Shown piece by piece: positions 39,053 to 49,163 of a DNA stretch of 64,000 nucleotides. Numbering within the stretch: position 1 is the first letter of the stretch; each line of letters begins with the position of its first letter. Both the position numbers and the translations under genes were made by a program. The stretch lies in assembly GCA_039024555.1 (NCBI GenBank), contig JBCCQQ010000016.1, positions 39,372 to 103,371 on the forward strand, written 5' to 3'. This DNA comes from Cyanobacteria bacterium P01_D01_bin.156. Lineage in GTDB: Bacteria > Cyanobacteriota > Cyanobacteriia > Phormidesmidales > Phormidesmidaceae. The notes beneath the pieces were generated by a model that was not told the DNA's origin, did not search any database, and saw only the letters and a program-made list of their open reading frames with translations.

Positions 39053-39095
39053 TCAGCGATATAGTTTTCCTAGCTGTTTTGGATGACGATGCCCT

Positions 39096-39674
39096 ATGCA
39101 ACTCTCTTCTAATCAATCGTATCAGTCACTAAAACCTGCAGATCGTTTACAACAACTCCTGCCCGAGTTATTTACGTCTCAAACGATTGAGGGGGAGCAA
39201 TTTTTGCGCCTACAGTTAACTTCAGAGTTAACTGTAGCGATCCCATTGAGCTGGGTTGAGGAAACACTATTGGTATCTCCTCAACAAATTACCCCTATCC
39301 CTAATATGTCATCCCATGTGATGGGGCTTATGAGTTCTAAAGGGCAGGTGTTTTGGGCCATTAACTTACTGCAATTATTAAACTTACCCATAGCTCTGCC
39401 TTCATCTCAACACTATGAGGTGGTGGTGATTCGCGTATTACCTCTAGAACCTGTGACCAACATTGCTTCAGAACAGCTTTTTCTAGGATTAGTTGTGCCT
39501 AAAATTCGAGGTTCTATCCGTCTAACCCTTGAAGACATTGTCTCACCAGAAACGGAGATCGATATTAACTTATTACGCTATTTGAGTGGTCAGGTCGTTG
39601 TGGATCAGCAAACGATACTGGTGTTGAGTGCTGAAGTTATTGGCACATCTCAACATCCAGCCTTAGATCGCTAG
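39096..39674 (+). CDS. cheW: CheW-like coupling protein (PixI/PilI-like)
   Basis: ITPIPNM...VMGL...KGQVFW.I.L..LL, and operon position. Confidence 0.85.
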   Translation: MQLSSNQSYQSLKPADRLQQLLPELFTSQTIEGEQFLRLQLTSELTVAIPLSWVEETLLVSPQQITPIPNMSSHVMGLMSSKGQVFWAINLLQLLNLPIALPSSQHYEVVVIRVLPLEPVTNIASEQLFLGLVVPKIRGSIRLTLEDIVSPETEIDINLLRYLSGQVVVDQQTILVLSAEVIGTSQHPALDR

Positions 39675-40045
39675 AAATAAAGTGATTTAAGAAATCGGAA
39701 ATTAATAATGTGTCAATTTCTCCCCTCCTAGGAGGGGGCAGCATATCTCACGTTGTTTCAAGTAAAATTACGGACGTTATTAAACCCTTATTCCTAAGCC
39801 ATTCAAACTTATGGGCTAGCCTGTTAGCGTTCTCAGGCTAACAACAGTATAAAACAGTATTCTTCAACAGTTTTTTTGCACTGTGCTCAGTAGCTTCCAC
39901 TAGATTAATTAGGGCCATAGTTTCTTTTAAGGCATTAAAAAGCACCAGTCAATTTAGATGGTAAACATCGCATACGCGGTGATTTACCATCATCGACTAG
40001 CATCGATTTAATTTTTACCCTGAACCCCCAAAAAAGAAAATCGTC

Positions 40046-42445
40046 ATGACAGCTCAACAATACTCCCTCGACAAGCAACCTCGATCTCAAGATTTGGAAC
40101 GAGCACCAAGTCAATCTTCACAGTCATTGCGGATGATTTTAGGTCAGGGACAACCCATTAGCCGACGACTGATTCAGGTTTTATTGCCGGTTACATTATT
40201 ACCCCTGGCAGTAGCCAGCGGCTTGGGAATCGCTGTTACCCGCAACAGTGCACGAGACACCTCGCTCGCTCTGCTAAAGGAAAAATCCTTTGTAGCTAGT
40301 GAGGCTGCAGATATTTTTGTAGAAGATAACTTTAAGATTGTTGAGAGTGTATTGCTGAGTCCCTCTGTTGTGGATGCACTGAGGCAATCGCGCCAGGATG
40401 TGGAGGAAGATGACCTGATCAATCAACCTATCGATGCCCTAGAACAGCGATTTGGCCAAACCAAACTACTCAACCCTAATGCTCTCCTCAATAACTATTT
40501 GTCAGATGTGGTTGAAGTAGAAGGCATGGGAGAGTTGTTTTTTACTGAGAGTAATGGGTTTAATGTTGCCTACAGTAATGTAACATCCGATTTTGTTCAA
40601 CGGGATGAAGAATGGTGGGAAGGTGCTCGGACATTACAACAGTTTATTGATCCCATTGAATTAGATGAATCTGCAGGTGTTGTGGGCCTATCTATTTCAA
40701 AGGCCATTACCCCCAATAACTCGGATGAGTTTTTAGGTGTTATGAAAGCTGTGATACCGATGGAGGCGATGAACAATCAAATTGCCACCTATGCGGCTAC
40801 GGCCATCAGCGGTTCTAGAAAGATTCAGCTGCTAGACGTTCGTAGTGGTGCAGCCTTTTTAAGCATTTCTGCTGATGAAATGTTGAATACAACGTCAGAT
40901 GTGGATGGTGGTGAGGCTATTCAACAATCGGCTCGGGCATTGCATGGCTTGCTAAATCGGACTACAGAAGACACAGATGCCCTCAGCACTGAGCTGACCC
41001 AACAGATATCTGGAAAACTGATCGAGCTAGACCGAATTGAAACGACAACGGGTAAAGAGCTGCTAACCTCACTGGTTGAATTTGATAAAAAACAGTACAG
41101 TTTGACAACGGTTCCAGGTACTCCCTGGGTTGCGATCGCATCGGTTTCTACGGCTGAAATCAACGCGGCGGGTAATGATCTGCTGCTAATTTTTGTCTTG
41201 ACAGCCATAGTGTTGGGATTGGCCATTACCTTTTTGCTGCGGATATTTGCTGGCCAGCTATCGGCTCCCCTGCGGACCCTGACCGAAACAGCCCAAACAG
41301 CTATATCTGGGGATCTAGAAGCCCGCGCCACCCCTACAGGCAGTCGTGAAACCCAGATCCTGGGGCAAAGCTTTAACAACCTACTGGAACAAATTCAAAC
41401 TCTGCTGAGCCGTCAACAGCAGCTAACCGAAGAACAAAAGCAAGAGCGGGAAACCCTAGAAAATGAAATCACCCAACTGATGGAAGAAGTGGGTGATGCT
41501 GCTGATGGCGATCTATCCGTGCGGGCCAAGCTGATTCCGGGGGATGTAGGGATTGTTGCTGACCTCTTTAACGCCATTATTGAAAACCTTCGAGATATTG
41601 CCGTTAATGTAAAACAATCTACAGGGAATGTAAGTCAGTCCCTACTCGATAATGAGCAACAAATTCGGACCTTGGCGGAGCAAGCGCTTGAAGAAGTCCG
41701 TTCTCTAAAAGATGCCATGGATGCTGTGCAGGCCATGGATAATTCCATTCAAACGGTGGCAAGCAGCGCGAACCAGGCCTCTACCCTCACTAACAACACC
41801 TATTCCACAGCCCAGGCTGGCTCCCAGTCCATGGCAGAAACGGCCAACAGTATTTTAGAGCTCCGGTCTACCGTAGGTGAAACCGCCAAAAAAATTAAGC
41901 GTCTGGGAGAATCCGCCCAGAAAATTGCCCAGTCCGTTGGCTTGATTGATGAGATTGCTCTAAAAACAAACTTGTTGGCAGTGAATGCAAGTGTTGAAGC
42001 ATCCCGTGCTGGGGAGCTAGGCCAAGGCTTTACGGCGGTAGCAGAACAGGTGGGTGCCCTAGCGGAACAATCGGCCGGGGCCACTAAGACCATTGCCCAA
42101 ATTGTGGCTGAAATTCAAACTGAAACTCAGGAGGTTGTAGTCGCCATTGAGACCGGTACAGCCCAGGTGGTCGAGAGTAGTCAACGGGTGGAAGCCACCC
42201 AACAACAGCTGGAACAGGTACTGGCCCAGTCTGAACAGATTAACCAGCTGATGCAAGGGATCTCGGCCTCCACTGCAGACCAAACCATGGTATCCAAGGC
42301 GGTGGCTGACCTGATGCAGAAAGCTACCGAAACCTCTGAAAAACAATCCCAGTCTTCCACTCAGGTGGCTCAGGCTATTCAGGAAACTGCCCAGGTAGCC
42401 CAGGAGTTACAGGCATCCGTTGAACAATTTAAGGTGGAAAACTAA
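40046..42445 (+). CDS. Methyl-accepting chemotaxis protein (PilJ-like; Cache + HAMP, no GAF seen)
   Basis: TM segments, SDFVQRDEEWW, a HAMP domain and IALKTNLLAVNASVEASRAGE.G.GF. Confidence 0.95.
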   Translation: MTAQQYSLDKQPRSQDLERAPSQSSQSLRMILGQGQPISRRLIQVLLPVTLLPLAVASGLGIAVTRNSARDTSLALLKEKSFVASEAADIFVEDNFKIVESVLLSPSVVDALRQSRQDVEEDDLINQPIDALEQRFGQTKLLNPNALLNNYLSDVVEVEGMGELFFTESNGFNVAYSNVTSDFVQRDEEWWEGARTLQQFIDPIELDESAGVVGLSISKAITPNNSDEFLGVMKAVIPMEAMNNQIATYAATAISGSRKIQLLDVRSGAAFLSISADEMLNTTSDVDGGEAIQQSARALHGLLNRTTEDTDALSTELTQQISGKLIELDRIETTTGKELLTSLVEFDKKQYSLTTVPGTPWVAIASVSTAEINAAGNDLLLIFVLTAIVLGLAITFLLRIFAGQLSAPLRTLTETAQTAISGDLEARATPTGSRETQILGQSFNNLLEQIQTLLSRQQQLTEEQKQERETLENEITQLMEEVGDAADGDLSVRAKLIPGDVGIVADLFNAIIENLRDIAVNVKQSTGNVSQSLLDNEQQIRTLAEQALEEVRSLKDAMDAVQAMDNSIQTVASSANQASTLTNNTYSTAQAGSQSMAETANSILELRSTVGETAKKIKRLGESAQKIAQSVGLIDEIALKTNLLAVNASVEASRAGELGQGFTAVAEQVGALAEQSAGATKTIAQIVAEIQTETQEVVVAIETGTAQVVESSQRVEATQQQLEQVLAQSEQINQLMQGISASTADQTMVSKAVADLMQKATETSEKQSQSSTQVAQAIQETAQVAQELQASVEQFKVEN

Positions 42446-42448
42446 GCC

Positions 42449-45418
42449 ATGGCACTAGACAAAGAGCAGCAGGCCCGCCTAACGTTTTTAGCGGAAGCAG
42501 AAACCTATTTTGGAGATATTGAATCCGTATTGCTGGGGTTAAAAACAGCGGAAGATCGCCCCGCGCAAATCAATATTGCCATGCGGGCAGCCCATTCTGT
42601 AAAAGGTACAGCGGGCATGATGGGGTATGTGGAGCTGAGTCAAACAGCCCACTATCTGGAAGATGCCTTTAAAATTCTCCGTGCCCGTCAGCTCCCGGTG
42701 GATATTCAGCTAGAAACATTACTGTTACAGGGTGTGGACTGTCTACGCCATGTGCGACAGCAGTACCAAGAAGAGAAACCCATTGATCCTGAGTGGTTAG
42801 CCACCGACGTTACCCCTATCTTAGAGCAGTTAAATCAACAGTTGGGGGAATTCACCCCAGAAGATGAAGCAAAACTGTTATCCCAAGAGAATGAAGTCAA
42901 TCTTGACTTTGTTATTTTTACCACCAGCGTTGACGATAGCTTAAACGAGTTTGAACAACAGCTTGCTCAACTTAAGGATGCTGAGCTTCAACAGGCTCTG
43001 ATCAATGCCTCTCAACAAATGGCTGAGTTTGGTTTGATGGCCCAGTTAGACTCCTTTGTCGCTCTATGTGAATCGATTCAGTCGCACAGCATGGCGGCCC
43101 AACCTGAAGAACTCCATGAAATTGCCGATCAAGCGATTAAAGCCTGGCGTCGTAGCCATTCTTTGGTAACCCTAGGTCGTACGGAACGACTACCCCAGTC
43201 CCTCAAGCGACTGTCGCCCCTAGAAGAGTCTCTAGAAGAAGCCCTAGATGCAAAGCCCCCTGAAATCATTTCTGACTTACCGGACGAGCTCCCGGCACTG
43301 GAGGATTTCCCTGCCTTAGAACTGCCGTCATCGAACGGCCTGCTTACTCCAGGTCCCGCTGTTGATCTAGAAGCCCTGCAAGGACAGTTTGCGGCATTGG
43401 CCCCCCCCATAGTGGAGCCACGGGACGAACAACCACAGGATGCCACTGCAATTGTGCCGACAACCGAGCTATCGCTGGTTCCCCTCAATTCGCCCCCACC
43501 TATTTCCTCTCCTTCAGCGACACAGACGGATACCGTGAGGGTCTCTGTAGAGCAGTTAAAAAACATCAACAGCACCTTTGAGGCCCTTATTCTTAACCGT
43601 AATGCTCTCAATTTGAGACTAGAGCAGCTGCAGACCTACAGCGACCTCATGCAAGAGCGGATGATGGCTTTGGCCAGCTTTAATCAGGACCTACGCCAGT
43701 GGTACGATCAGGCAGCTACTGCCAATCCTCAGGACATAAAGACTCTGGTAGCCAGTGGGCAACCGGAAAGGCAAACGCCCTATTTAAAGAATTCTGTGGC
43801 CGCCTCTGATGGCCTGGATGCCCTAGAGTTTGATCGCTACTCCCAGCTGCATTTGATGGCCCAAGAACACATGGAGACCATCGTTAAGCTGGAAGAGGTC
43901 AGCCAAGATATTGAACTGGGACTCAATGACATTGGCCAGGCTCTAAGCAGTTTGAACTATACCAGTCGTACTTTGCAAAGTCGTATCACCCAGACCCAGA
44001 TGCGTTCTTTTGAGGAGGTGGTCCGTCGCTTTCCTCGGGTGGTGAGAGATTGGTCTGTGCAGTACGGTAAGCGTGTGACGGTAGAACTGGAGGGAATGAC
44101 CACCCTGATTGAACAGTTTGCTCTGGATCAGCTCAGCGATCCGCTGATGCACTTGCTGCGAAACGCATTTGACCATGGCATTGAACCGCCAGAAGTGCGT
44201 CAGGCTAAGCAAAAACCTGCTGTGGGGACGATTGCACTCAAGGCAATTAACCGAGGCAACCAGGTGGTGATTACCCTCAGCGATGATGGGGGGGGAATTG
44301 ATCTATCAAAGGTCCGCGATCGCATCCGTCAATACAATCTGCCCACGGACCAAATTGACACCATGGACCGTCAGGAGCTGCTGTCCTTTATTTTTGAACC
44401 CGGTTTTAGCACTAGTGGCTCCGTGACCGAACTGTCGGGACGGGGGGTGGGTATGGATGTGGTACGTAACAACATTAAAAAACTGCAGGGCACCATTGAG
44501 GTCAACACCGAGCCCGGTGAGGGCACTACATTCACGATTCGGATTCCCCTATCGTTATCAATTTTGCGGGTCATGCTGCTGGAACGTAACGGTTCTGTTT
44601 TTGCCCTACCAGTAGACATGGTGCAAGAAGTCATCCGCAGCTCCACCACAGAACAGAATCAGTCCACCATAGACTGGAACAATTCCCCATGCTCCCTGGT
44701 ACGTTTAGAAGAGTATTGGCACCATCAACCCGGTGTGCGCCCCTTAGAGATCAGCGGTGAGCCCGTTATCAACCACCCCATGGTGATCGTCGTTGGAGAA
44801 AACAATCAGGCCTGTGGATTCACCATCGATCGATTTTGGCAAGAACAAGAAGTGGCCATTCGCTCGGTGGCTAGCCCCATTCCCCTACCCCCTGGATTTA
44901 GCGGTGTTACCGTCCTGGGAGATGGACGAGTTGTGCCCCTGATTGACCCCCTACGTCTAATGGAGTGGATTGAGGTTTTACCAGAAACGTCTTCCCAGGA
45001 GCCATTATCAATCCTGGCAGAGAATCAGATAAACGCAGCCAGGATTTTGGTGGTCGATGATTCAATCCACGCCCGTCGCTATCTGGCCACCACCCTAGAG
45101 CGTTCTGGGTATTTGGTGGAACAGGCTAAAGACGGTCGTGAAGCCGTAGATAAGCTATCCAATGGACTCATGGTTGAAGCCGTTATCTGTGACATTGAAA
45201 TGCCCCGCCTCGATGGCTACGGTGTTCTAGAAGAACTCAGGTATACTCCCAAATTTAGTGACTTGCCGATCTTAATGCTGACATCCCGCAGTAATGAAAA
45301 ACACCGCAAACTGGCGATGAATCTAGGCGCTACGGGGTACTTTTCAAAACCATACAACGAGCAGGAGCTCCTACAACAGTTACAACAGCTCACACAATCC
45401 AAACCCGTTATGGCATAA
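42449..45418 (+). CDS. cheA: Hybrid CheA (PixL/PilL-like) with C-terminal receiver
   Basis: RAAHSVKG, LEFDRYS.LH, HLLRNAFDHG, SGRGVGMDVV, then CheW and REC domains. Confidence 0.95.
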   Translation: MALDKEQQARLTFLAEAETYFGDIESVLLGLKTAEDRPAQINIAMRAAHSVKGTAGMMGYVELSQTAHYLEDAFKILRARQLPVDIQLETLLLQGVDCLRHVRQQYQEEKPIDPEWLATDVTPILEQLNQQLGEFTPEDEAKLLSQENEVNLDFVIFTTSVDDSLNEFEQQLAQLKDAELQQALINASQQMAEFGLMAQLDSFVALCESIQSHSMAAQPEELHEIADQAIKAWRRSHSLVTLGRTERLPQSLKRLSPLEESLEEALDAKPPEIISDLPDELPALEDFPALELPSSNGLLTPGPAVDLEALQGQFAALAPPIVEPRDEQPQDATAIVPTTELSLVPLNSPPPISSPSATQTDTVRVSVEQLKNINSTFEALILNRNALNLRLEQLQTYSDLMQERMMALASFNQDLRQWYDQAATANPQDIKTLVASGQPERQTPYLKNSVAASDGLDALEFDRYSQLHLMAQEHMETIVKLEEVSQDIELGLNDIGQALSSLNYTSRTLQSRITQTQMRSFEEVVRRFPRVVRDWSVQYGKRVTVELEGMTTLIEQFALDQLSDPLMHLLRNAFDHGIEPPEVRQAKQKPAVGTIALKAINRGNQVVITLSDDGGGIDLSKVRDRIRQYNLPTDQIDTMDRQELLSFIFEPGFSTSGSVTELSGRGVGMDVVRNNIKKLQGTIEVNTEPGEGTTFTIRIPLSLSILRVMLLERNGSVFALPVDMVQEVIRSSTTEQNQSTIDWNNSPCSLVRLEEYWHHQPGVRPLEISGEPVINHPMVIVVGENNQACGFTIDRFWQEQEVAIRSVASPIPLPPGFSGVTVLGDGRVVPLIDPLRLMEWIEVLPETSSQEPLSILAENQINAARILVVDDSIHARRYLATTLERSGYLVEQAKDGREAVDKLSNGLMVEAVICDIEMPRLDGYGVLEELRYTPKFSDLPILMLTSRSNEKHRKLAMNLGATGYFSKPYNEQELLQQLQQLTQSKPVMA

Positions 45419-45499
45419 ATCTTTTCACCACATCAGGTTCGGATGTTTGCCCTTTTACCAGTTACAGTGCCTGACTACACTGGATAAAACTTCGGAAAA

Positions 45500-47389
45500 G
45501 TGGCAATGGTTCAGCTCAAGCGGTGGCAGTGGATAGTCTTGGCCCTACCGGTGGTCAGTGTTGTTGCATTTGTCATGGTTGCCGCAGGTGTCCAACTGCG
45601 CACCTGGGGGCTGACTTGGGTCTGGGCCGTTATTTTGCTGGTATTTGCGGGGTGGCGGTGGCTGCTGGTGCACTGGACCCGGCCTCGGGAGATTGAGCGG
45701 ATTGTTGCCGCTGTGCAGGCAGAGCTCACCTCACCTGAGGCTCACGTTCCGGGCAACCAAGCCTTAGAAACCTCACTCCAGCCTATTTTGTTATCGGCCC
45801 GAGAAGATTCTCCCGTGTGGGACGATTGGCCTGCTTTTTGGCAACGCTGCCAGGCGGTGGTCGCCACGGTTGCCAACCACTATCATCCAGATGTTAAATA
45901 TCCCCTGCTCAACATCTATGTACCCCAAGCCTATGGCTTAATTCGGGGCACGGTGGATGATATGGATCGGGCCATGACCCAGCTGGCTCCGGTACTTAAT
46001 CAAGTTACCGTGGGCCAAGCCTACGAAGCCTATGAAATTTACCGCAGGTTAGAACCTTCCATGGGTAAACTCTGGCGAGTCTGGAATTGGAGCCAGTGGT
46101 TAATTAATCCAGCCGCTGCCGCTGCTCGTGTGGCTAGCCAAAAAAGTACGACCCAGGCCAATCAGCAGCTACTGGTCAATTTGAGTCAGCTGCTGCGGGA
46201 AACCGCCCTGCGCAATTTAGCCCAGCAGGCCGCTAATCTGTATGGCGGCGACACCCTCCCTACCATTTTTGAGTTAGAACCGTCAGCGGCTACTCCGAGC
46301 AACGTTAAAACCGCCACCCTAAAATCCATCTTAGAAACTGCCACACCTAGGGAAACTATCCAAAAAAAGCCCGTTTCCCTGATGCTGGTGGGACGTACGG
46401 GAGCGGGTAAAAGCAGCTTAATCAATACCCTTTTCAAAACCGATTTAGCCGAAGTCGATGTGCTGCCCAGCACCGATAAAATCCGTCAGTATCGCTGGCA
46501 GTTAGAAACGGGGGAAACCCTAAATCTGATTGATTCTCCAGGGTATGAACAAATTAACCGCAGTGACTTTCGAACGTTAGTGCAAGAGCAGGCTGCGATC
46601 TCAGACCTACTTTTACTGGTCACACCGGCCCTCGACCCGGCCCTACAAAGCGATAAAACCTTTTTGCAGGATCTTCAAGACCCCCAGCCGCCCACTCTGG
46701 TGGTTCTGACCCAGGTGGATCGGCTCCGTCCCGTACGGGAGTGGCAGCCCCCCTACCAGTGGCAAACGGGTCAACGTTCTAAGGAAATCGCCATGCGAGA
46801 TGCCGTTGCCTATCGGGTTGAAACCCTCAGCCAACCTAACGTGATTCCTGTGGTAACCCACAGTGCCAATCGCACCGCTTGGAATGAAGATAGTCTGGCC
46901 TTAAAACTGGTAGATACCCTCGGTCAAGCCAAACAGTATCGTTTAGCCCAATTTTTAACCAACCAAACTGCACTGGCCCGAGCCGCCGCCAAAATAATTG
47001 ATCAGTACACATTTCAAATGACCACCACCCGTGGGGTTGCAGAGCTGCTCAAAAGCCCAATTTTGCGATACTTGTCGCAAATGATGACCGGTTCCCAACT
47101 GCTTGCCACCGCCCTAATGGAAAAAATTCCTGTGGAGCAAGCACCGGTAGTCATCGGTAAACTTCAGCTGGCCTACGATCTGTTTAATCTGCTGAATCCA
47201 GACGATCACAGCTTTGATCTGGCAACCCTATGGCCGCTGCTGCTAAATAACGATACTCTGCCAGAACAAAACGCTTGGGCATTTGGCCATACGTTAATGG
47301 CCTACTGGTTGGGAGAAACTCGCCAGCTCGATCAAACGTTTGACCAGTATCTGCGGGAATACGGTCAGGATGAAGCATCTGCAGTGTGA
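45500..47389 (+). CDS. Membrane-anchored P-loop GTPase family protein
   Basis: Two N-terminal TM segments, G1 GRTGAGKSS, G3 DSPG and G4-like TQVD. Confidence 0.85.
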   Translation: MAMVQLKRWQWIVLALPVVSVVAFVMVAAGVQLRTWGLTWVWAVILLVFAGWRWLLVHWTRPREIERIVAAVQAELTSPEAHVPGNQALETSLQPILLSAREDSPVWDDWPAFWQRCQAVVATVANHYHPDVKYPLLNIYVPQAYGLIRGTVDDMDRAMTQLAPVLNQVTVGQAYEAYEIYRRLEPSMGKLWRVWNWSQWLINPAAAAARVASQKSTTQANQQLLVNLSQLLRETALRNLAQQAANLYGGDTLPTIFELEPSAATPSNVKTATLKSILETATPRETIQKKPVSLMLVGRTGAGKSSLINTLFKTDLAEVDVLPSTDKIRQYRWQLETGETLNLIDSPGYEQINRSDFRTLVQEQAAISDLLLLVTPALDPALQSDKTFLQDLQDPQPPTLVVLTQVDRLRPVREWQPPYQWQTGQRSKEIAMRDAVAYRVETLSQPNVIPVVTHSANRTAWNEDSLALKLVDTLGQAKQYRLAQFLTNQTALARAAAKIIDQYTFQMTTTRGVAELLKSPILRYLSQMMTGSQLLATALMEKIPVEQAPVVIGKLQLAYDLFNLLNPDDHSFDLATLWPLLLNNDTLPEQNAWAFGHTLMAYWLGETRQLDQTFDQYLREYGQDEASAV

Positions 47390-47562
47390 GGCGATCGAGG
47401 ATACCAACATAAAGCGGAATGATTTTCCTAGGAAACTAGAGTTAGGAATTCGGCATACTGGTTCTTTCAGGTTTCCGGACTGTTACACAACTTGGAAGAT
47501 TATAAATAGCGAGAAGTTAAAGCCGTTATTTTCAAGATTGTGATGAAAGTGTTGGCTGGGTG

Positions 47563-48190
47563 AAAAACCGGTTGCTTGGGGTTCCTCCGAGTTCCCCAAA
47601 CCCCTATGGGCCGGGCGGAAACCGCCGCCCTACGACCCTCGGGCTAGAGGGCTTTGGTCAATAGCCCATTAGGTTGGGGGGGAGTCGGTAAAGCGGTTTA
47701 GAATTTTACGCTCGGTCGCGCAAAATTCTAAAAAGAGTGATTCCATCGATGTTTTGCTAATCGATACTTAAAGAACGTTTTTTTATAGAGTTTTGATCTC
47801 CGTCCCATGAAAGCCTGACATGGACATTAGACACCTTATTTTTTACGGTGTGGAGCGAACGCGGAGCAGCGTAACCCACAGAACCAACGACCCTATCAAT
47901 GGTTGTAGCGTTTAGCCAATAACCTTTTGTGCGACGGGAAACCCCAGTATGCCTAAATGGGACGGCCTATATATTTCCGAGAAGGGACGTTGAGGTCCCC
48001 AGAACAGGGAGGTAAACCCCAGTATGCCTAATTGGGAGAGCCTTGATACTTCCGAATAGGAGGGAAAGTCCTGAAACCTCCCTGTTCTCTATGTACCGAT
48101 GCTTAACCTTCCAAGTCGTGTACCGTTAGGTTGTCCAGAGGACTGATTCTGATTGCTGAATTTTGAAAGGGAGGGCATGCTGGACTCTCC
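47563..48190 (+). ncRNA. Candidate large structured non-coding RNA (family not recognised)
   Basis: No track ORF in the region. At least 12 hand-foldable helices, a 13-bp perfect stem (48001-48013/48076-48088) and a duplicated 47-nt module. G-U pairs mostly favour the + strand. Boundaries are approximate. Confidence 0.55.
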
Positions 48191-48298
48191 ATGATCGAGG
48201 TGATTGTCCTACTTTGCATTGTGACTCGATTTGCGAATCTGGCCAGACTGGTTGGGTACCGTATAGTTGGACTTAGACTAAGTTTTTCGAAAATACTG

Positions 48299-49147
48299 AT
48301 GGCATCAGCATTAGGCCAGTGGCGACAGCGGATTCGCGAATCTAAAAATGACTGGGTGCAACATTATTTCAGCTATCGTATTGACTCTGTAAAACAGCCC
48401 TATCGGGTTGCCTTCCGTGCTCGGCCCTATCGGTTTTTATTGCTATTGAGCCACATGCGGTCCGGCTCATCCTTACTGACTCATGTGCTAAGCACCAATC
48501 CTGAGGTGATTGGCTATGGGGAAACCCACACCAGCTACGCCAATGCTCATGATTTTAAGGGACTGCTAAAAAAGGTTTACTGGCAGGCCCAGGATTTTCG
48601 CACCCTGCAGGATGTGCAAAACCTTCGCATGAACCACCAATATGTGATGGATAAGTTGTTGCACAACAAAAAGTTTTTGGACCATGATTTTCTCACCTCC
48701 CAACAGATTTATGGTCTCTTTTTACTGCGAGAACCGGAGCGCAGTTTAGCCAGTATTGCAGACCTAAAACCCCACTGGAACCAGCGGGATACCATTGACT
48801 ACTATGCAGCCCGGTTGGCTATGCTAGTGAACTATGCGCGGTTAATAAAAGACCCGCAGCGCATGCTGGTGGTGACCTATGAGCAACTGTTGGACAACAC
48901 ATCTGAGGTGTTGGAAGCACTACAACAGTTTTTGCAGACCCAGGCCCCCTTCACATAAGAATATAAGGTCTTAAAAACGACTGGCATGAAAGGGGTGGGA
49001 GACTCTAAAGGAAAAATCAAAGCCGGTAAAATTGTGCGATCGCAACGTCAGCTCTCTCAAGACTTTGCACCAGACATCGTAGAACGTGCTAAACAAGCAC
49101 ACGATGAGTGTAGAACAGCTCTCACCCAGCTATGCCAATCGGTTTAG
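48299..49147 (+). pseudogene. Sulfotransferase family gene with premature in-frame TAA
   Basis: PAPS-binding SHMRSGSSLL, L.REP..SL.S and VTYE.L. After the TAA at 48956-48958 the frame continues for 62 codons (EYKVLKTTGMKGVGDSKGKIKAGKIV...) to TAG 49147. Likely start is ATG 48299. Confidence 0.75.
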
Positions 49148-49163
49148 TCCACCCGCAGCTATC

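Noticed and set aside
47571..47600. Minus-strand CGGAGGAACC resembling part of the c-di-AMP (ydaO) riboswitch
   Set aside because: The other conserved segments (GCTGAATC, CCGNCAGCTAAC) are not present at suitable spacing.
48058..48075. GGAGGGAAAGTCC resembling the RNase P RNA GAGGAAAGTCC motif
   Set aside because: Imperfect match, and the 3' partner (ACAGAAnnCGGCTTA) was not found on either strand.
47929..48135. GTGCGACG as a group II intron 5' end
   Set aside because: No convincing domain V/VI downstream, no RT ORF, and the structured region extends well upstream of this site.
35772..48958. Stop-codon recoding as an explanation for the two in-frame stops
   Set aside because: The stops differ (TAG vs TAA), and both codons terminate many intact genes in this window.
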